Shown here piece by piece: positions 57,865-64,000 of a stretch of 64,000 bases of DNA. A model generated the notes under the pieces. That model made no database searches. It saw nothing but the letters and a program-made list of their open reading frames with translations, and had not been told where the DNA came from. The stretch is from NCBI GenBank assembly GCA_030390025.1, contig JASTWF010000033.1, forward strand, positions 1,056,001-1,120,000, read 5' to 3'. Made by a program: the position numbers and the translations under genes. Origin of the DNA: Squalus acanthias. Taxonomy: Eukaryota. The number at the start of each line of letters is the position of its first letter. Position 1 is the stretch's first letter.

Positions 57865-58967
57865 TTGAGAGGTCGCACAACACCAGGTTATAGTCCAACA
57901 GTTTTATTTGAAATCACAAGCTTTCGGAGTTACTATTCCTTCGTCGGGTGAAGTAAAGAGATACAGAATCGCCAAAGCATATATAGATAGACAACAATGC
58001 ATGTGTACCTTACAATTGCAGACAACTAAATTAAATCATCCTGACTGTTTATCTGCCGAGGTGTGATAAAGTTAATCAGGTCAGCCAAGAAGGTAGCACA
58101 TCAAAGACATAGCAAGATACAACTGAGACAATGAGGTGGAGTCGCAGGGGGTCTAACGTGTCAAAAGCTGCCGTCTGTATGTAAAATGATAAGCTTTAAA
58201 ATTTTTACTTTTTTACTGGGAATCACATCTGTGAACAAGCCAACGACGACTCGAGTCCGGATCACGTCATGTACCGTGACATAAACCCAAGATCCCGGTT
58301 GAGACCGTCTTCATGAGTGCAGAATTTGGCTATCAGTTTCTGCTCGATGATTTTGCGTTGTCGTGTGTTCCTAAGGTCGCCTTGGAGAACGCTTTCCCGC
58401 AGATCCGAGGCTGAATGTCCTTGACTGCTGAAGTGTTCCCCGACTGGGTGGTAACAAGCCTGCCTGGCGATTGTTGCGCGGTGCTCGTTCATACGTTGTC
58501 TCAGTGTCTGCATGGTCTCGCCGATGTACCATGCTGCAGTGCATTCTTTCCTGCAACGTATGAGGTAGACAACGTTGGCCGAGTCACATGAGTATGTACC
58601 ATGTACCTGGTGGGTAGTGTCCTCACGTGTGATGGTGGTATCTGTGTTGATGATCTGGCATGTCTTGCAGAGTTTGCCGTGGCAGGGTTGTGTGGTGTCG
58701 TGGTCGAAAAATCGCATAGACCTCCGCAGAAGGCAAACACGGGACACAACCAACAGGGTACCCTACGTCGTCCAGTACTTCCCCGGAGCGGAGAAACTAC
58801 GCCATGTTCTTCGCAGACTTCAACATGTCATCGATGACGACAAACACCTCGCTAAGGCCATCCCCACGCCTCCACTACTTGCCTTCAAACAGCCGCCTAA
58901 CCTCAGAAGTACCATCGTTCGCAGCAAATTACCCAGCTTTCAGTATAACAGCGACCACGACACCACA
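57865..58967 (-). mobile_element. Penelope-like element: pLTR, 3' UTR and GIY-YIG endonuclease (58262-58704, -) with an inverted 5' segment (58705-58967, +)
   Basis: C..C..C linker, NVVYLIRC...WYIGET.QTLRQRMNEH, GLNRD; the inverted part encodes RVPYVVQYFPG...FKQPPNL; hammerhead core mutated to CCGACGA near 57945. Confidence 0.92.
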
Positions 58968-58988
58968 AATAAAGGTTATCGGTTAATT

Positions 58989-60245
58989 TATTGGAGTTCT
59001 TTTAGGAAGTAACATATGCTGTTCATAAATGGGAATCGGTGGATGTACTGTTCTTAGATTTCCAGAATGCATTTGATAAGGTGCCACATCAAAGTTTATT
59101 GCGGAAAATAAAAGTTCATGGTGTAGGGGGTAACATATTGGCATGGATAGAAGATTGGCTAGCTAACAGGATACAGAGAGTAGGCATAAATGGGTCATTT
59201 TCTGATTGGCAAAATGTAACAAGTGGTGTGCCACAGGAATCAGTGCTGGGGTCTCAACTTTTTCCAATTTATATCAATGACTTGGATGAAGGGACCGAAG
59301 GTTGGGTTGCTAAATTTGCTGATGACACAAAGATTGGTAAGAAAGTAAATTGTGAAGAGGACATAAGGAGACTACAAAGGGATATAGATAGGTTAAGTGA
59401 GTGGACAATGAACTGGCAAATGGAGTATAATATGGAAAAATGTGAAATTGTCCATTTTGGCAGGAAGAATAAAAAATAAGCATATTATCTAAATGGTGAG
59501 AGATTGCAGAGCTCTGAGATGCAGAGGGATCTGGGTGTCCTAGTGCATGAATCGCAAAAGGTTACTATGCAGGTAAAGCAAGTAATTAGGAAATCTAATA
59601 AAATGTACTCGTTTATTGAGAGGGGTATTGAAGACAGAAGTAGGGAGGTTATGTTTCAGTTATACAGGGCATTGGTGAAACCACATTTGGAGTACTGTGT
59701 ACTGTATTGGTCTCCTTATTTAAGGAAGTATATAAATGCTTTGGAAGCAGTTCAGTGAAGGTTTACTAGACTAATACCTGGAATGGGCAGGTTGTCTTAT
59801 GAGGAAAGGTTGGACAGGCTAGGTTTGTATCCGCTTGAGTTTAGAAGAGAAAGAGGTGGCTTGATTGAAACATATAAGATCCTAAGGGGTCTGGACAGGG
59901 TGGATGTGGAGAGGATGATTCCTCTTGTGGAAGAATCTAGAACTAGGGCTCACAGATTAAAAATAATGGGTCGCCCAGTTAAGACAGAGATGAGGAGAAT
60001 TTTTTTCTCACAGAGGGTCGTGAGTCTTTGGAACTCTTTTCCTCAGAGGGCGGTGGAAGCAGAATCTTTGAATATTTTTAATGCAGAGTTAGATAGATTC
60101 TTGGTAAGCAAGGGCTGAAAACTTATCGGGGGTAGGCGGGAATGTGGAGTAATCGGATCAGCCATGATCTTATTAAATGGCGGAGCAGGCTCGAAGGGCC
60201 GAGTGGCCTACTCCTGCTCCTAATTCGTATGTTCGTATGTTCGTA
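58989..60245 (+). mobile_element. CR1 3' portion with (TTCGTATG)n tail
   Basis: RT ORFs 59039-59479, 59504-59758 and 59783-60118. Confidence 0.93.
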
Positions 60246-60395
60246 ATAAACATACTTGGCACAATAACAACAAATGGGTCAGGTTATACATATCAGTCCA
60301 ATGGAACACCTGTGAGGTAAAAAGTTGTGTTTGATTGTTACGTTATATTAGCTTCAATTATTTCCTTTTTAATCTAGTTTTAAACCGGGACAACC

Positions 60396-61200
60396 ATAGA
60401 GTCATAGAGTCATAGAGTTATACAGCACAGAAAGAGGCCCTTCGGCCCATCGTGTCTGCGCCGGCCATCAAGCCCTGTCTATTCTAATCCCATTTTCCAG
60501 CACTTGGTCCGTAGCCTTGTATGCTATGGCGTTTCAAGTGCTCATCTAAATGCTTCTTGAATGTTGTGAGGGTTCCTGCCTCTACCACCCTTTTAGGCAG
60601 TGAGTTCCAGATTCCAACCACCCTCTGGGTGAAATTTTTTTTCCTCAAATCCCCTCTAAACGTCCTGCCCCTTACCTTGAAACTATGCCCCCTGGTTATT
60701 GACCCCTCTACTAAGGGGAAAAGTTCCTCTCTATCTACCCTATCTATGCCCCTCATAATTTTGTACACCTCAATCAGGACCCCCTCAGCCTTCGCTGCTC
60801 CAAGGATAACAACCCCAGCCTGTCCAGTCTCCCTTCATAGCTGAAACGCTCCAGCCCAGGTAACATCCTGGTGAATCTTCTCTGCACCCTCTCCAATGCA
60901 ATCACATCCTTCCTATAGTGTGGCGACCAGAACGGCACACAGTATTCCAGCTGTGGCCTAACTAGCATTTTGTACAGCTCCAACATAACCTTCCTGCTCT
61001 TATATTCTATGCCATGGCTAATGAAGGCAAGTATCCCATAAGACTTCTTAACCACCTTATCTACCTGTCCTGCTGCCTTCAGGGATCTATGTACATGCAC
61101 ACCAAGGTCCCTCTGATCCCCTGACCTTCCTAGGGTCCTACCATTCATTGTGTATTCCCTTCCCTTGCCTTGCCCCTGCAATCTTCTCCCTTGCCAGAAT
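60396..61200 (-). mobile_element. CR1 3' portion with (ACTCTATG)n tail
   Basis: ORFs 60484-60768 and 60774-61208. Confidence 0.92.
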
Positions 61201-61274
61201 AACGTCATCTCCTACACAAAGCCATGGGAAAATTACAAATTGATGTGGTAACTTTTCTTACATTGAATAGGAAT

Positions 61275-61430
61275 ACACAGGATTACATAGGATATACAGC
61301 ACATAAACAGGCCATTCGGCCCAATCAGTCCATGCCGGCGTTTATGCTCCACTAGAGGCTCCTCACGTCTTTCCACATCTAACTCTGTCAGCAGAACCCA
61401 CTATTCCCTTCTCCTTCATATGACTATCAA
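61275..61430 (-). mobile_element. CR1 3' UTR/tail fragment
   Basis: ACAGGCCATTCGGCCCAA motif with CATAGGAT-like repeats. Confidence 0.65.
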
Positions 61431-61817
61431 CCAACTCTCCCGCAACCGGCGCGGTCTCCCTTCGAGCCTTTCGGTGCCTTGTCTGTGAGGAAGTATTCTG
61501 ATTGTCCCGAAGCCGGTATTAGGTTTATATTCCTGATCTGCAGTAACGAGAATCTTTCACTTGGCTCCGATCAGTTAAATTCACCGGTAACATCAGAGTA
61601 AATGTTTCAGTGTCTTAAGCCAGGGAAAGGTGCCTGGACCGCCTCTGGACAGTCGGGCAGTTCAGCTCTTCATTCTCCTCTCATTCCGTTTCCAAAAGCG
61701 TTTCTAAAGATTCACAAAACTGTTCACTGTATTTTCTTTTTGGGCTCTTTTCGAATTTTCCCGCTCCCAACTGGCAATATTTTCCAAATGTCGTCGCAAT
61801 CCTCCGCCTTACATCAT

Positions 61818-62281
61818 GTCCAGGGATGAGGGACTTCAGTGATGTGGAGAGGCTGGAGAAGCTGGGATTGTTCTCCTTATGGCAGAGAAGGTTAACGGGA
61901 GATTTAATAGAGGTGTTCACCATTATGGGGCGGGTGGGGGCGTTGACGGAGCAGACAGAGAGAAACTGTTTCCACTGGCAGGATGGTCGGTTACCAGAGA
62001 ACACAGATTTAAGATAATCGGTAACACAAAAAGCCAGGGAGGAGGCGAGGCGATTTTTTTTTTACGCAGCGAGTTGTTATGATCTGGAATGCACTCCTTG
62101 AAAGGTCGGTGGAAGCTGATTCAATAGTATCTTTCAAAAGGGAATGTAAAAAGTAAAACATTGCAGGGCTAAGGGAAGAGCAGGAGAGTGGGACTAATTG
62201 GAAAGCTCTTTCAAAGAGCCGGCACAGGCACGATGGGCCGAATGGCCTCCTTTAGTACTGTGTGATTCTATGATTCTATGT
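61818..62281 (+). mobile_element. CR1 3' end with (ATTCTATG)n tail
   Basis: ERLEKLGLFSL.QRRLTGDLIEVF. Confidence 0.88.
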
Positions 62282-62486
62282 CCCATCCTTGACAGCAGCC
62301 CCTACCCACCTGAAGCGTTTCCCCACCTCTCCCGTGTGTGAGCTGTAAAATGTAGTGGAGGAGAAGGATTGTGAGCTTTTAGTGTGAGACACAAGTGATG
62401 TTGTTTAAGGTGAACCAACACATTCCCGATCAGCACAGAGGGAGTTCACTGGTCAGTTCCGCTCTGATGTAGCTATATCGCCAGCG

Positions 62487-62559
62487 GTTTCCGTGGTGTG
62501 GTGGTTATCACGTTCGCTTTACACGTGTAAGTTCTCCGGTTCGATTCCAGGTGGATTCA
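62487..62559 (+). tRNA. tRNA-Val(TAC)-like gene, probably a pseudogene
   Basis: 73 nt with A and B boxes recognisable, several stem mismatches, T5 terminator. Confidence 0.72.
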
Positions 62560-62869
62560 TTTTGTTTTAACTTGTTGTGGATGAACATCTCGTGGCGAGT
62601 TTATTCTCCTGTCAAAAGGGCTACAGTGGCTGCTCCCTTATCCTTTTATTGCTCTTTATTTCACTTCACTATATAGATAACTTTGAGTGAGAGAATACTG
62701 ATCAACAGTGACGCCCATTTCATCTTTTGATCGCTTTGGGAATCTCCGAATCCCTCCCCGGTAAAGTTCAGAAATGTAATTCATAAATCTGCACGGTGGC
62801 CGTCAGTAAGAAGCCTTTTCTGTCAGAATCCGGGAGCGGAGCTGGTTTGAGGCTGAAGATTACCGCTAC

Positions 62870-63010
62870 TGTCGATAGATTTTTGTTGGTTAAGGGTATT
62901 ATGGGTTACGGAACCTAAGTAGGTAGATGGAGTTCAGATGCAGATCAGCCCGTGATCTAATTGAATGGCGGAACAGGCTCGAGGGGCTGAATGGCCTCAT
63001 CCTGTTTCTA
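62870..63010 (+). mobile_element. CR1 3' tail fragment
   Basis: GATCAGCC...TGAATGGCGGAACAGGCTCGAGGGGCTGAATGGCC. Confidence 0.75.
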
Positions 63011-63042
63011 TTGAGTCGCTGCAATGCACCCGAGTGCTGAGG

Positions 63043-63115
63043 GTTTGCGGTGTGTTGTGGTTATCGCAGTCCGCTAACACTCGACAACTCAACGGTTCGA
63101 AAGTGTGCAGAGGCA
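63043..63115 (+). pseudogene. Highly degenerate tRNA-Val(AAC) pseudogene
   Basis: 73-nt alignment; 3' flank resembles that of 25773. Confidence 0.65.
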
Positions 63116-63499
63116 ACCTGATGGCTTTTCTCCATTCAAGTTTAGTAAATATGAAAACTGGAATCAATTACATGTTTCGTTAAGTATGAATAAAATACGC
63201 ATTGAACGGCGAATTATGCCACTCAAATGGCATAGTTACAGTGAGCGAAGTAATTCTCAATGATATTTCCCATATAGGACACAGTTTTGGTTGCGTACTA
63301 TAAGGTTTTTTGGGGAAAGTTGGCGCTGATTTAGGGAATCTCATCCTCGCGTGTCGTTACTGAAGATGTGGACTTATTTTATTTAAAAATTGAGGCTCGG
63401 AACCTTGTCGTTGAGAATGTGGGAGCAGAACAACACAGATTAATAGGATAACACAGGGTCAGCGATATGATTCAAATTGCAGTTTCAATCGGTCTGTAT

Positions 63500-63600
63500 G
63501 GCTATCTTTTTAATAAGTTGGTCTCGGGTTGTGATTCTCGCTTCGGGGTTGTTGGTTAAATTTTGCCGGAAGTTCCCGGATTCAAATCCCGGAGGTGCCC
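63500..63600 (+). pseudogene. tRNA-Pro(CGG)-derived locus with a ~16-nt insertion after position 37
   Basis: GTTGGTCT.GGG.T.TGATTCTCGCTTCGGG[GTTGTTGGTTAAATTT]TGC...TCCCGGATTCAAATCCCGGA.G.GCCC; 5' acceptor strand disrupted. Confidence 0.75.
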
Positions 63601-63875
63601 GCGTTTTGAAATTGCAGTTGAAACTTTTGCAAGAAAGACTTGTCTTTCTGCAGCGCCTTTCACCCACTCAGGACGTCACAGCTGTTTCTCGTCGAAATTG
63701 ATCCCAACGAGAGTGATGTGATTCGGCGAGGGAAATCACGGAGCTTTTCAGGAGGTTACTCACTTTGGAATGCAATATGTTCCCATATATTCGATTGGGG
63801 AAATGTTAGTGAAAGAGTCAGTGGAGAGAGAGAGAAAGAATCAACAATTCAACCTCGCCTTTGACACGTTCTTTC

Positions 63876-63947
63876 CTGTTTGTGGTGTAACGGTGAGCGC
63901 TCCAGACTCTGAATCCAGCGCTCTGAGTTCAAATCTCGGTGGAACTT
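63876..63947 (+). tRNA. tRNA-Gln(CTG)-derived gene with a degenerate 5' acceptor strand
   Basis: TGGTGTAACGGTGAGCGCTCCAGACTCTGAATCCAGCGCTCTGAGTTCAAATCTCGGTGGAACTT. Confidence 0.75.
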
Positions 63948-64000
63948 GTTTTGTGTCAATCTCTATGATTCCCATGGAAATGGCGACACTTTTTAAAATC

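Overview
Eukaryotic, repeat-dominated window from a cartilaginous fish (shark/ray, inferred from HE1 V-SINEs, HER1/CR1 LINEs and a SacSINE1-like DeuSINE; species not determinable). No host protein-coding gene is supported. Bases 1-13450 are a purine-rich 30-bp satellite with higher-order duplications and four G-rich islands. The rest is a decaying RNA polymerase III gene cluster of about 27 tRNA-derived loci (Phe, Ile, Asp, Val, Asn, Gln, Lys, Glu, Leu, Trp, Pro), almost all mutated or internally deleted and built by tandem segmental duplication. It is heavily invaded by CR1 and L2 LINEs, SINEs, Harbinger-like MITEs and Penelope-like elements. Most notable: (1) two vault-RNA-like genes with upstream CRE/TATA-like elements inside a repeated Lys-vtRNA-Glu-Leu-Val-Trp cassette; (2) ~220-bp palindromic Penelope-derived elements with TSDs that carry a minimal hammerhead ribozyme core on both strands; (3) a tRNA-Pro(CGG)-like locus with an insertion at the canonical 37/38 intron site; (4) reuse of the same insertion sites in paralogous segments, and a templated 23-nt patch at a Penelope junction. 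All comparisons were made by eye against remembered consensus sequences; boundaries of old repeat fragments are approximate.
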